A stretch of 62,451 bases of DNA, filler included, from Choristocarpus tenellus KU-1152 (GCA_964200185.2; 11 parts of 11 records of this genome joined end to end with filler, not necessarily neighbours in it), one strand, 5' to 3'. Positions 1 to 13,816 are shown, counted from the whole stretch's first letter. Made by a program: numbers and translations. Notes: a model not told the origin generated them from the letters alone.

Positions 1-480
1 TAATTTCTTAATTAAAAAAAAAAAAAAAAAAAAAATAAAAAAAAAAAAAGAACCACCCCCCCCCCCCCCCCCCCCCCCCCGCCAACAAAAAAAAAATCCA
101 GTTTGATTTTTTTTTCCTCAGTCCCTTTTTTATTTTCGTGGTGAATGGGGTGTATCTATCAGGGGATTTAAAAAAAAAAGTACTGAATCAACGAGACCGG
201 GGGACAAAAGTATAGAAGAAAATAATAATATAGATATGCTCGTTGTATGTGTACGTACCGTCTATATTTTTTCTATATTTTTTTGTGCTGTCAGAACGGA
301 ACGTCTCGGGTGCTTTTTTTGTTTGTTTGTTTGTCAAAAGTATGTGCAGCATGCGCACGCACACACAAAGAGTATGCCATGGATGCGAACATGCTTGCGT
401 GTAACTGTATACTAATGGGCACAAACACTTCTAGAGATTGATTGATCTGATGGGTATTTTGTGTGGTGTCCTCCGTGCAG

Positions 481-2014
481 GTCTTGTGTGTCACTGGGTC
501 TCCGATGGGGATCCCTCAAAAGGAGTTTCCCTCCGATGAGGACGTTGACAAGTGAGTGAGACAGGCAGGCAGGCAGGCAGACAGACATGTGAATGTAGTC
601 CTGTGCGCAGCAACTAACTCGCTTCAAACACAACCTCCACTTTTTTTTTTTATAGTCCGATGTACGTATTGAGTTTTTATTTTATTTTTTTGTTGCGTGT
701 CGATCATTTTTTATTTTTTTCAGGCTTTCGATGATTGTTCCATTAGCACCCCGCGGGTAGATGTCAAGTACTTTCCCCCCCAGACCCCCAATCACAAGCC
801 GGGAAGAGGGAGGGGGGGGGGGAGTTTCCCGCCTCCTGGTACTACTAGGTAGTATGTGAAATTCAGTCCGCCGTGCACTAGAGAGCACACACACATGTAT
901 GCAGGGCAGAGATGATCAGCCAAGATCCACTATATCTGAATGAAAGATTGTTATTTTTTTCTTCTGTTCTTGAGAGCGTGAATTGATTTGCCACCACTCT
1001 CTGCTTCTGTCGGTGTGTTTCTTGGGGCGTGGGCTGATTGTACGGTTTGGTGCTGTGATAAGGGGAGGTTATCGGTCCTAGGCTTCACGGAGAGTTTTTT
1101 TCTTTTCTTTTCTTTTTGCTGTCGACCTGCCTGTCGTGTACTCTGGCGTACTTTTTTTTTAGAGCGTGTGTGTATGTTGAGGCCCTAACCCTAGCCCAGG
1201 TCTCTTTCTTTGTACTCAGTATGGTAAGGAAAAAAAGGTTTTCAGTGTGTGACAGCATGTGACACCCTAAGTGTGAGTGTTTTTCCTGCCTCGGGAAGGA
1301 GTAGCAGCTGGCAGATGGTGTTGTCGTTCTAGGCTAATGAGACGTATCAGACCTACAGCCTGAGTTGTCTAGGTGAAGCCCACCAAGTCTATGTGAAGCT
1401 CGCTAATGCTGTTGTCTCACGCTAGGCACACAAGGCATCTCTTGTCAGTGCAAAGATGTGAAGAGGTGCCCTTTTGTCCGTATCGTTCATGCTCCGGACA
1501 AAGCTTTTTGGGATTCGTGAAGGCTTACAACATTTTAGTTGCGATACGTGAGCAGTTCATGAGCAGTATGTTTTTTCCCAGGTGCACCAATGTTGTCATT
1601 CCCCTGACCGTTCCCTCTCCAACTCCCCCCATATACTGCTATATTTGTATATATATATATTTTGATGTCACTGTTTTTAACATATTTTGAGAAGAATTTT
1701 TTTTTAATGATCCTTTTTTTTTTCGTGAAGTTCTAATCGTGAACCACAGTGTAAGTTTATAGTGTGTAGATATACGTAGCTCACCTCTTTCTTCCCTCTG
1801 CCTGAGTGATTCTGTTGCCTCATCTGACCCCTAATACCCCTTTGGGGTTCATCTCCTGTTACCCCTGTCATTTGCCGATGTGGTCCTCTTTTCGCCTTGT
1901 TCTAACATGGCTAGGTATCATTCACTCTACCTCGAGGAGGTGAAACGACTCTTCAACACGTACAAGGGGAGGGTACCTGGCTACGAGCACAAGGAACTCA
2001 TATTTGAAACATGA
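481..2014 (+). CDS. DGAT2: Diacylglycerol O-acyltransferase type 2 (DAGAT family), last two exons, 5'-partial
   Basis: Exon 481-551 (cag|...AA|gtgagt) joins exon 1915-2014 (ctaac branch point, tag|) in phase. Product VLCVTGSPMGIPQKEFPSDEDVDKYHSLYLEEVKRLFNTYKGRVPGYEHKELIFET* matches the DGAT2/MOGAT C-terminal pattern VG.P..IP....P....VD.YH..Y...L..LF..YK....Y....L. Confidence 0.85.
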
Positions 2015-5000
2015 TAGATGGTTGGCGCCGATGATATTGAAGAAAAGCGTAACTACTTTTTTGTGTGTGTGTGTGTGTGTGTGTGTGGACGATACTCTGA
2101 GAAGGAGAAGCCGCCCCCATGAAGGACACAACGAGTGGCACCATGAAGTGTAGAATATAGTCTTTCTAAAATCGTATACGTCCACATACGTGCCTTCAAA
2201 TTTCAAGTTTTGTCTTGTGCTTGTTGGGGGTAGAAGGTTCAAGCTCAGTAGCATCTATGTTCAAGGAGGGCCTGTCAAATTCTGTATCTCTTTGTGTTAT
2301 ATAACAAGGTGCTTGAGATTGCAGTGCCAACCTTGAGGAGAGACCTCGGTGACTAATGTATTTCTAGTCCCCTACCGCCTTGCAGAAGCAGGGTGGGTGG
2401 CTGAATTGATTGCCAAGTCATCACTGCTGTTGATTGTTAGCCTTCGAGTGGTCTCTGATGGTCAACCCCCAAGCAGGTTGAATGCATCGTCCGTAAAGAC
2501 GGTTTTGTACACAAAACACTTGATACTTCCACTGATGAAGGTTTTTGTTTGTCTTTTTGATACTTGGATGTTCATATTTTCAATTTTGGGGTGCCTCTAG
2601 GGCGTAATATTGAGAGGAGTCCATTGCAGGTGATCGGTTGTTATGTGGGGGGGGGCAGGAGGTCAGGTGCTGAGTGTAGAGAGCAATGGGGTAACACGGA
2701 TAATCCGTAGTTGAGGATGGGATGTGCCCAGTTTGTGTGTGTGCGTGTGCGATAACTAACCTGTGTGCATTATGTTATCAGCACCAAGTATCCGTGTCAT
2801 GGTAGACAATTAATTCACACCAGTAGCTTGCGATGTTTCGTCGCACACGCAATGAATGGATAAACTTGACGAATCAACAAAAATATATGTGGGTATGTGT
2901 TGTCTTTGCCCACAACTAATTATGAAAAGTGTTGATACGATTGGCAAGTGAATACCTTTTTACGCAATGAACAGTGTATGCGGTAGTAGTAGTAGTTTTT
3001 GTCTACTTCCCTGTTTACTACTCCCTCTGTTGAGTATCAGTTTGAATAGTTTGCGGGAGAGGGTATAAATGCACAAGATGGTATCGGATTTTCTTTATTT
3101 TTGGGGGGGATCTTTCAAAAACCTAGTATGGGGTTGTACCCTTAAATCTCGGTGAAGTCAGACATTGTTACCTATTTCGATTTCTGCATTTATAGCCTGC
3201 CCCGCAAACTGTTCGAATTAATGCTGGACAGAGGAAGTACATTCCTTTGTTACCAAATACCACTGCACAGCTTTAGCCATCGTCGCTATAGTGTAGATCG
3301 CCCCAGCAGCAGTTGTTTCTGTGAGGAGGGCAACAGTTTTGGTTGATGTCATGATGAATCTATGATGATGGTAATACCTATTCTCTATCGCTGTCTTAAT
3401 GGCATATTCTTATCTACGCTAGAGGTTAAGACACTTTTCACGCATATTTGCAACTTACTATTATTCTGGAGCACTCGAAATTGTACTATTATTATATGAT
3501 TCATGTACGAAGAAGTCAATTCATGTGTGGACAGAGGATTTCCAGTGCAAGGTGAACCTCTACTCTCTCTCACTAAACTTACCTAGAAGCAAGGTTTGCA
3601 GGTCATGTAGTAGGACTTCTCTACATAGCTGACTACGCGTAATTCCTCTCCTACGCCATCCGTTCTCATGCAGTCTGTTGAAGGCCAAATCAACACCCAG
3701 AACAACAGAGAGATCGAACCAACAAGGTGATAATGGAGGAAGACGCTGTGGGATATATAGTTTGGCATTAAACATCAAGTAATGGCAACTGAAGTTCCGT
3801 GGGAATACTGACACTAACGTTCAGAACACTGGTTATCTCTACGGATCGACCACTTATCTGGCGTTAGTATGAGAAACTGGCCACAAAAAATATATATTTT
3901 ACTTACAATGATTCGAGGATTTGTACCAACTTGTTGAGCATCGTGGTTATCATGTACTTTGGGGTAGTTCGAAGGTATTCTTGGAAACCATCAGAAGACT
4001 ATGACTGTTCGAAAAAGTAAAAGGCAACCCCAATATTCCCACGTGTATATAGCCCGCATATATCTAGAGGGAGAGAGCAACTCGATATATACATTTATAC
4101 TCATGTGGTATAGAAAATATATTTGTTGGCGTTGAATACGTTGGGCATTCCAAGTTGGTTGACAGACAGGCATTCAGAGATCGTATAGCCATTGAATAAA
4201 ACGTTCTAAATACGAAATATTAATAGCACTTACTTACTAAGTGAATTGAAGTCATCGCAAGGTAATTCCAACCCTGTCCACTTTCCACAAGGAATCCGAT
4301 TATTATTATCTCATACATACGTTGTGGAGATTCTTGACAGCAAGTATCATATTGTCTGACATGCTTGGTAGGTTTTTGATTGGCAACCCACAGTTTCAGG
4401 ACTTGTTCTCAATTGTGAGGCCTCTTTGCAGGCGGTATTGAACATCTCTTGGACCAAGAAATTCTTGTGTAGTGTGGAAAGATCTCATTTTCCCTTTATT
4501 TTGGGTCTTTCTCCCCCATTACATATTATTTGTAAAAATGTTCACTGGAATCAAATACTGTCGAAGTTCTTTGAGCAGTAAGACTAGTGGGACATAATAC
4601 GTTGAATTGATGTGACGATACTATGGTGTGCCCCCCCCGGGGCGCAGGAGTAGGAAAATGGGAAGCACAGGAAGGCAGTTGTAGTACAATATTGATAGTT
4701 GTGAAGTAACTGATTAGTGGTTTTCACAGTTACAGTGTTGTATTGTGTTTTCACATTTATGATATTTTATTTCTTTACGGCTTGTACTGACATATTATGC
4801 ATAGATTTCATTTGTTTTCCCCCTGACACATCTGCAAAATGTCAGAGTGCATAATAATATATACTATGGTGTGTCTCAAAAGCGGTAAGGATACCCCCAG
4901 TGGTACAAAATGGTATCATAACGTCGCTAACATAGTAGAGGGTCCCAACGCTAACAATAAAATCCGTACATCACTTGCCATGCAAAATTTTTAATCGCCA

Positions 5001-5420
5001 TCACCTTGTATGGATCAACAGGGTCGAGAGATATGTATCTTACTAGTACCTTATCACCATGATATACTAAATACATTACCTCGTCGTACAATTTAATGTG
5101 TAAGGATGGGTGATTCCACACACACACACACACACACACACAAAGAAAAAAACTCCACATAGCTATTACTACTGGATGTCTATCACCAAGTTATGATTTT
5201 CGTCCCCTAGGTTTGGTGTGACATGTTGTGCAGAAGATCATACAGTTAAGGAAATACCCTGAGTATAACAATAGTTATGACTTTGGGGATCCTAATAAGA
5301 TACTTTGGAGTACTGCTAAGTAGTGGTGCATACAATGAGTGCATGTTTACTGCAGCCACGTAATAACAACTAGGTGTGCTAGGGTTGACATGCGGTATTT
5401 TGAAGGTGTCCTCGAAAGGG

Positions 5421-5689
5421 TCATCCTATCTTGGAGGGGGACCTTTTGAGTATTTTGGAGAGTTTAAATATCTTCCAGTGAGCACCAATATCTGTACGTG
5501 GAAAGCAGGTAAGGACTGTGGCTGCAAGAAGAGGTAATACTACGCAAGGACAGAAACGAACCCAACCAACAGTCTTTTTTTGCTGACATCTCAAATCCGA
5601 CACGTGCGACCAAATCACACCAAAAAGGGAAAACTCGAAAGAGAGTAAAAAACGGACGCCGACACCCCCCCCCTAAGATACTTTAACTA
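5421..5689 (+). mobile_element. Degenerate MITE related to families A/B
   Basis: Right end AACGGACGCCGACACCCCCCCCTAAGATACTTT resembles the family B end (AAACGGACGCGGCTCTACCCTCTAAGATACTTT); left TIR is eroded. Confidence 0.45.
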
Positions 5690-5907
5690 TTTGGTTTGTC
5701 CACAAGAGCGTCAAATCACCCTCCAGATTGCTAGAAACACAAATACGTGCACCAGAAGGCAGTCACAGGGCACCAACTACTCAATGACACGACTCGAATT
5801 TGGAAGGTGTAATCCTTGCATCGTTTTGATCGTAAGTTTTCACGAATATTTGAGACAGTTTTGTCCTCAGAGGCAAACCAATTGAGAAGTAGGCAGGGTT
5901 GCATTTT

Positions 5908-6088
5908 GGCTCAAAGTATCTGGGAGGGGGCGGCGGCTGTCCATTCGGGGCCCATTCTTCCGTGTCGTGATTTTTGGGTGAATTTGGTTGCATGCGTTGG
6001 ATGGATAAATGTAAGTGCACTTCTCCTGGTCAGGGCCCGAATGGACACCCTGGTGTAGACCCCCCTCCCTCCCCAGATACTTCGAGCC
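5908..6088 (+). mobile_element. MITE family A, full-length copy
   Basis: TIRs GGCTCAAAGTATCTGGG ... CCCAGATACTTCGAGCC, flanked by TTT/TTT; non-coding interior repeated elsewhere in the window. Confidence 0.9.
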
Positions 6089-8020
6089 TTTATAGATCCC
6101 GAGAAAGGGCAAAAAGAAGTTATTTCATACAATCGGAGAGTCTTTGTTTTATGGTGGTGTCACTTTGTGCGTGGAAAGGGGAATATCAATTTTGCGTACA
6201 CTATTGTACACATAAAGCGATGAAATGGGGTGTATTGCACGGGCAAGGAAGATGTCTTACAAAATGCAGAAGAGTCCAAATGTGTGTGTGTATGTGTGTA
6301 TGTATGTATGTATGTATGTATGCTATTTAATGCTTGTGAGGATGGGCAGGAAAACAATTTCGTGGAGATGATTGAGACGGCAAATTCCTTTGCCATTGTA
6401 TCGCAGGGGAGATATCATGGAGCATGTGATACACAGTAGATTTGTGCTGAACGTTTGGCACTCCATATTAACGACAATCACATCCAGTCGTTCTTGGGAG
6501 GATAAAAATTCCCAGGGATAGAAAGTTCACAAAACGAAGGTGGCTCCAATGGGTGTATCAGTAGTTTTCCACGAGTTATAGGAATATAAGCAAGCCACTG
6601 ACGTGTTACATACATGGCGTTCATTTCCAGTGTGCTGCAACAACGACTGCATACAAACTATGTTTGAGGGAAATTATTTTCAGACACACAACTGTTGGAA
6701 GTGATACTGGATCATGACTGTGGGGAGGGACAGATCCAGAAGTAGTGGTAATTTCTTATTGTTCACATACATCAGGTCACATACATCAGGTGCTTTATCG
6801 ACGCAGCGGCCAGCTGCATGATGATGAGTATCTCTCCTCCTGTGGTTAACTATTCTTTTGTCGAGGAGTGATCGAAAAGCAGGTTAATCCGTGACTACCT
6901 GTTGCTTGTCATTATGTATTTCATCGTTAGGGGTGGGTTGGGAATATACATATATATATATATGTACATATTAATAAGGTTGGGTAAGGTATCACGGTAT
7001 AATTTTACACAAGCAAGCGCCAGAGTGCGTGTTAATTTGTAAGCAAACTGTTGGAGTTACTACCACGACGTAATGAATGGATGGGGATGATATGTTGGTA
7101 AAAACATGAAAAATATGGTCCTGCTTTCACATCTTGTAAACAAACGATCCAAGCATCGAATGACTCGCGGATAATTGTCTCCCACTTACAGCAATCAATC
7201 TGCATATTCTACAACTATCTACGGAAGATCGTGAAGTTCAATTCTCAGCCCCACAATATTCGAGGATGAAGATCACACCATAATTTCGACAATGCAAGAT
7301 ACCTTCACTCGATCAAATCTTTAAACCACAAACTAGACCTGAATACCCAAATATTCAACACTAGAGTCTGTAAATTCCTGAACCTAAGCAATTTTCGATA
7401 CACCTGCTACTACATACTTAGAAGGTGCACGTTCATTTTGAGTATATATATATGTAGAACTCAACATCGGCATCTGATTCAAAATCACAACAAACCCGAT
7501 CCTTCAACTTCATCATCCCCTTTCCTCATACCTAATATACATTAATCTCTGACTTTTTGTTGGCATGGGCTTTTTTTGGGACCCTTTCTTTGGAGATGAC
7601 AACCCTACTTTTATGTGTGGTTCCAATTTCTCCCTGGGTTTTAATATATGATACATTTTAAAACATATATTTACGTATTTCGTTAGAAATTATAATTGTA
7701 ACAAAATATACTGGACCCGTAAAAGAAAAAAAGGGGTCCCACCAATTTTTCAACACACAACAATTTACAAAGGTGTGTAACTGGCAGACAGAATTGGACA
7801 TTCAATAGACTGGTTAACGGCTACATATTTCACGAACGACCCTGATCGCTGTTCAGAAAAGTTGAAGAGGGTACATTCTTAGATCACTAAGTACATTTTG
7901 TCGCTCAGACACTCTCCTGCCCAACAAAGCACTCTCTGGCACCACACGATTCAGGACCTGACAAGAACATCTCCAGCGGTGCTATAGTACCTCTCTTAAT
8001 CCCTCCACTTCCCAAACACC

Positions 8021-8317
8021 ATGACCTTTTCTATGCCCCGAATCCTTCAGTGTGTCGCCATCGTGATCTCACTGCTATGTGCAGTTGCCCAGATAGCGCA
8101 AGACACCAGCGGGGGAGGATGCAACCAGTCTAATTGCCCTACACTGCCCAGGAAGGAGTGCGTCAAGCCAAATGACGTTAGCAGTTTGACTAGTGGAGAG
8201 AAAGATTGCGTCGTGATCAAGAGGAAGCACACGGTGAAGTGCGACCAGAGGTGTTCCGATAAGCCCAAGGTCATCGGTGCTGGATGCGGAAAAATGGGAG
8301 TCGACGACTGCCGCTAG
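8021..8317 (+). CDS. Small secreted cysteine-rich protein (98 aa), intronless, unknown family
   Basis: acaccATG start context; hydrophobic signal-peptide-like N-terminus (RILQCVAIVISLLCAVA); 8 Cys in the mature part; GC-richer than the flanks; clean TAG stop. Confidence 0.7.
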   Translation: MTFSMPRILQCVAIVISLLCAVAQIAQDTSGGGCNQSNCPTLPRKECVKPNDVSSLTSGEKDCVVIKRKHTVKCDQRCSDKPKVIGAGCGKMGVDDCR

Positions 8318-10751
8318 TGCTTCTTCAAAAAGAAGCTGCAAAAGAAGCTCCATCGGAGAGGGAAGTATTTCCCCTTGTGCTCCACGATGGAGGAGCTGCC
8401 GAGGGGCCCTTACCGTCGTAGGCTTCTGAATGCTTGATCCTAGAGTCGCTCGCCGTTTTTCTCTCTAGTGAGGTTGCTGACTTGACTCTGTCGCGGGTGC
8501 TGAAGGTTGGCCCTTCCTAACTGACTGCTGTCATTGGTCTCATTTTTTTTTAGCATCTTCGACCGTTGCTCGTTCCATCGATGGAAGGAGCCTGGAAATC
8601 TTTTGTTTGGTGTGTGGGGGGCTGATGGATGTGTGAGTCCGTTTAGGTCTGTTCGCCTTTGTCCCTGTCTGTTTTTGTTCCCATGGACCTACCCCCCTCA
8701 AGCTTGGAGTATAGCCACGACCTTTTTCGTCTCGCGCTTTTACAGCTGCAAGTAGTAGGTTTGTTTGGCGTGATTCCATTGTGTTGTTTCCTATGCCCTT
8801 GACATGTAGAGTTACCCATTTAAACATACATTTAAACCACAATAGTTCGAAGAGGATGTTGATTCCACCTGTCGTGTGATGTTGGCAACTTACCAATGTA
8901 AGGTCTACGCCACCACGAGAGTCTTGCCTGCTCACTAGTTGCAGAGTGTGGCGTGTGGTGGTGGTGTAGTGATTCTTGGAGCTTGTTCGTGTATGCGGTG
9001 TTTAGTTTACTAACCCTAAGATGAAAATGGATGGACAGTTTTCTAATCATTCGTTGTTAGTGTAAATATATTTAGCCTGCGGTTATTTAGTAGTAGTCTG
9101 GACACCAAAAACCATTTGCTCTGCTTATTTACTGCATTCTATCAAAAATAATATTTGTAATAAGAATAGTAGTAATCATACCAACATTAATATTCGACGA
9201 ATCACAACTCTTCCAAACAAAATAAATAATAAACAGTACACAACATATATATACTACATTTCTTATCATACTCTTCCCATCCACTACCTACCACCTGGTT
9301 ACAAAAACAGTGTGTGGACAATCCCCTACTCCTACACCAGAAGCAGTTGTGGTTATGTATATTCTTCTTTGGGTACTATTCTTCGCTGCATCCATCCTTC
9401 AAAAGTCGACTCTATGCTGTGTTGTTTTCTTCCATCCTTGTAAGTCAGCAACGATATTTTTCTTATTTGCTGATAACGTATTCATAGTAGCTACAATGTT
9501 GCTTTCAATGGATCCCACTACTATTATTGTTATTATTGCTTGTGAACTTATTTGCATTGCTTTAAGTTTGTACTTCTTGGACATTTATATATACTATATT
9601 ATTTGTGAGTGTTTACTGTCACAATTTTGTGCATCATGTGTAGGATCGTTTAGGGTATCAAAAAAATCTGATACATGCATATACATATGAGCTGAGTGTT
9701 CATTTTCCTCCTTGCGCGTAGTATGCATGATATGTGCATGTCTGTGTGTGTGTGTGTACCGTTTTTGGTCTCTACTGCCAGACAACAATTCGTATAGTAT
9801 GTGGTGGGTGTACAGCAGGGAGAGGACATATCAGTCAGTCGACCCATTCTACCCCATCGTCATTCATGATCAATTAGGAGTAATCTTATTTGTTGATTTG
9901 TTAGTATTAACTCAAATCATATATATCAATACACAACTACAAGGTTTGCGTTACCTTTTCGTACCCTACTTGTATGTTGCTGGGATATCTTATTTCTGTC
10001 TGTATTTGTTTTTATGTTGGTAGTTCTGAGAGAGGAAGCGTATTTTGGTGACAGTACCCTATTTCTTTGTATATGCGAAATTTTTTGTACTTGTTTTTGT
10101 TCATGGTTCTGAAAGGGGAAACATTTTTTAATGGCAGTACCCTATTAGCCCATTATTGGATTGTGTCTACAACCTATAGGTCAGGCCTCCAGAAGATTTT
10201 GATTTCTCCTCACAAGAGATTTCTCAAGCTCTGCTACCACCAACAGTTACCGCAGTACAACAAACAAGACCCGGCCTTGATTTTGGATCAACCGAGGTTC
10301 TGCAGTAGTACTTGGAAGTCAAATATTGCCAGGAGAATAATGGAAGACTAGGTCATACTTGAAACCACAACATTGTATTATTACATGGATCCAGAATTAT
10401 ATACATCGCTCTTCCTAGGACTTAGATTGCACCCCTCTCTGAGAATTTATGTCGGAGGGCATACAGATCGACTCACAGTAGGATAAGCAATAATCATGTT
10501 TCCCTTCTTTGAGTCGTTTACCCACCTGATCAGCCTCTTCTGCAATGCGCCTTATGAGGTGCTGGGATAAACCCCCAGAGTACCTTCTCTCTATGTGATG
10601 TCAGGCCACGAAGAAATGCAGGGCGCAAACAAAAAGAGTGGAAAGGTCAACCCCTCCATCCCACCCTCTCACAAAACTCGGATACTCGTTTTTAACATCG
10701 ACAGTAGCAACAGCAAGAAGTACATGCAGTGGAATATATAAATACTAGTAC

Positions 10752-11009
10752 GATCCAAAGCATTTAAGAGGGTAGACGTTTTGCACTATTTGTCCGTTCG
10801 GGGCTTTGCTTCCCGCTTGATTTTTATGCCCTTTTTCGGTTTCGAAACTTTTCGGAGTAGGTAAAATGTATACGACTATGAAAGGCGTGTCCGGAGCAAG
10901 GGTACTGACACTTGCTAACAAACACGATTGCCAAAATGGCATCAAAATCGCAACATTGGATTTTGGACCCCAAACGGACGTGGACCTACCCTCTTAATGG
11001 CTTTGACTC
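10752..11009 (+). mobile_element. MITE family B copy
   Basis: Termini GATCCAAAGCATTTAAGAGGGTAG ... CTACCCTCTTAATGGCTTTGACTC; flanks TAC/TAT; interior alignable with 31891-32149 and 43483-43740. Confidence 0.85.
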
Positions 11010-11704
11010 TATAGGTCAATCAACACATACTACACAGTGAAAGAGTATATTAAAACTGATAATTGGAGGTGAAGGTAAGATATCTCCTCCCGATCTTTAC
11101 TGAGGAGCAAGGGACCCTCCAAGGCATTCATCAATACTTCGGTCCCTAGTCCTTGTGGTAGTTCCTAATTGAAGATCTCATATGTAAGCAATACTTACGC
11201 ATCCAAGAAAAGCTATTGATATCAAGTACATAATAAGCAAAGAGCGACAAAGCAAATGTGGTAAGACCACATAATCGCAGTAAATCTGACTTGATCACAG
11301 AAATAAACACCCTGATCAAAAATAGGAAGTCATCTGGCAGGTGTCCGAGAAACCCAGTGTATGTACCACTAAAATATGAAAAATAGAAGGATGACCTACC
11401 TACTATCGTATGCCTGTGCTCCATCTAGTTGCTTAACTTTGATCAAATCAAGAGGCAGATAGCTTCTCGAGCAAAACAAATATTCAAAAACAAATACAAA
11501 ATAGGTATTCGGGAGCATAATCTAGTTGTCTCAACCGAATGTAGAACCTCCTCGTCCATTCCACTCCATCTCCACTAGTAAAGAAAATCCATGGTAAAAT
11601 TTTAGTCATATCACTCGTGTCCAAAAAGGGGAAAGAAGGGGTGGGGATGCGCACAGCTGGAGTGGTACTTGATCAAATGCTACACACGCATGACAGGTTA
11701 CATG

Positions 11705-11958
11705 GAGTCAACCCCAACCCAAAATAAATCCGAAGGAAACTTACCTTAAACTCGGGCATCAAACTGAGGTAATCTAAGAGCACCCCCATTTAGCCCCAAA
11801 ATTGGCAACCTGGTCTAAGAGTTTATTTCTCTCTTATTCGAAACTTTTCGGCCATAGTTAAAAGATATCCTATGCTCAATTGCAAAAAAGTGAATTTGGT
11901 ATGTACTTGTCAACATTCCAAAAATGCAAATCTGGGTCCCTCTCGTTTACTTTGACTT
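11705..11958 (+). mobile_element. MITE family D, diverged copy
   Basis: Right TIR GGGTCCCTCTCGTTTACTTTGACTT; 3' interior similar to 19394-19663; left end GAGTCAA eroded; flanks ATG/CTG. Confidence 0.65.
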
Positions 11959-12005
11959 CTGTGACGTAGGCATTGGGTGCTGAGTGTGTGGAATATTAAG
12001 TCTTG

Positions 12006-13235
12006 TTAGGCCAGCAATGTCTTGAAGAAATTGTTCCGGAACATGCCATTGGGGTCGGCGTCATCAGCAATATGACGGAGGGCAGGAAGTCGATCAGCGA
12101 ACGCCTCTTTAATCTTTATCGTTGCATTTGCAACGGAGGACTCCTCCCACTTGGCCCAGTGTGGCAAGGTAGCTTTTGTCCCGTCCTGTCGAAACAGACA
12201 CATGTTACACACGTGCATGTAGGTGAGAGACGATTCCTACTCCATAATACAATAGAACTAACATCAATTACTGCAACAACTTCAACACCATTCAGAACAC
12301 GATTTCAAAGAGTAGGGGTCAAGATATTTCGGACACTAATTTTGTAGATGCTCCGAAGCACTATCATGCTAGAGAGTGTGACAGATTGTTACATTTGCTA
12401 ATAGGCTTGAAAAATACAATGCTAGAACAATCTTGACGACGTAAATGCTCGCAAAAGATTAAGTTGTGTTGCAAACATGGGGCCAATACGTTATAGTAAG
12501 TCATGAGGCCTCTCTGCTTTGACCCGGTCTAGTGTCGCACTTGACGTATTGCTGGCATTGAAATCCCAACAGTGCCTACTCTTCATGAGGGACCCTTTTT
12601 TTTGTCCACCCTCCATTTTGGCTGGGGGAGGATATCATTTTAGTGGGTGTACACATTATCACGGCTGGTATTGGAACTTACATGTAAGTTCACACATCGT
12701 CACTATTGTTCCGAATGGTGTTGTGACATCCACGGCAGAACTGCAGTAAAACTGTGGGTGCGATTTCTGTTATCCACTTTGTACTTGATTTATCAGTTCT
12801 TGTTGCTGTATATTTAGAACAAGAGTCATCATCAGCGTTCTGATATTGTTGCTGATCAGGGAAGTACTGGTGGTATTATGGTACGGCTGTAACTCACAGA
12901 TGCAACATGTGGAAGGTGGTAAATAAAATAGGGACGTAAGCCACTGGAGCAATGAACGAGTACTCTACTCTCAAAAGCGTTCAGGCATCATACACTGAAT
13001 TAGAGAAACCACGCCTATCTCACTATCACCTGATAAAATATCGACATACTGACAACATACGAGACAATTCTTTGGCAGAGGACAAGGAAAGTGTGTACAT
13101 GCATATGGGAGCCTGCTAGTATAAGCACACCTTGAGCTTGATCTCCAGCCAAGCGTCTGCCACTTCTGTGCAGTACTCTTTGAATTTGGGCGTATCAACA
13201 GCTGAGAGGAGTTCCATCCAGCAGAATACGTCTCC
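12006..13235 (-). CDS. FAD-linked oxidase with ALO-type C-terminal domain (L-gulono/D-arabinono-lactone oxidase-like), last two exons, 5'-partial
   Basis: Exons 13235-13131 (GDVFCWMELLSAVDTPKFKEYCTEVADAWLEIKLK) and 12185-12006 (DGTKATLPHWAKWEE...DADPNGMFRNNFFKTLLA*), canonical GT-AG, phase 0. PHWAK and DP.G.F.N.F motifs are typical of aldonolactone oxidase C-termini. Confidence 0.8.
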
Positions 13236-13816
13236 CTGTATACGCACATGTTGGGTTTCAGATGAAGACAATGCGATTTGTTTCGTTCCACTTATGGAGC
13301 TCTAGGATTCTAGATTATTCCAATCCCAGTGTTCATAGTCAATGGGTATCGCACAAGTCAAGATCACACCCCTATTCCTTTCATCCTTGTAGTCGGAAAC
13401 ACTATATCACAAAAAAGTATAGTAACAGTGTAGTCAAGAGCACTTTGTAGTACTTCACAGTAGCAATGTTTTGTATGCTCATAACATACACTCTGTGATA
13501 ACCAACAAAGCACTCGATAAAAGGGCCCGAACTTCCACCTGTATGGCGGGCTCAATAATCAAAACGATTCCAGAAAATATAGAACACAGTATGAATTTGT
13601 GGTTGAATGAGAACGAAGCTTTACACAATGATCCTTGGAAAGAGTACATACCACACAATAAAAAAAAGGGCCTCAAGTATTTCAGGCTAAAGCGTTCACA
13701 AAATCTTATCAAGCTTGACTGATGAACCTGTGTTTCAGTCATGATATACCCTCGGGTATACTTGTGGAAGAAATCCCACGCAAATCTATACCCACTGGTA
13801 GATTGCAACGTCATCA

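Noticed and set aside
1-120. Poly-A/poly-C tracts (also 25631-25680, 29180-29370, 29600-29686, 38930-38972) and their Pro/Gly/Lys/Phe-rich ORFs
   Set aside because: Homopolymer-rich sequence at contig ends or gaps, probably low-quality base calls.
1248-1532. Possible solo LTR (TG...CA) in the DGAT2 intron
   Set aside because: No TSD and no second copy in the window.
3150-4620. Possible decayed hAT transposase
   Set aside because: Only vague motif resemblance amid many stops; not supportable by eye.
5781-6132. Recurring ORF motif NGQPPPPPRYFEP (also at 29796 and 36469)
   Set aside because: It is the translation of the MITE A terminal repeat, not a protein family.
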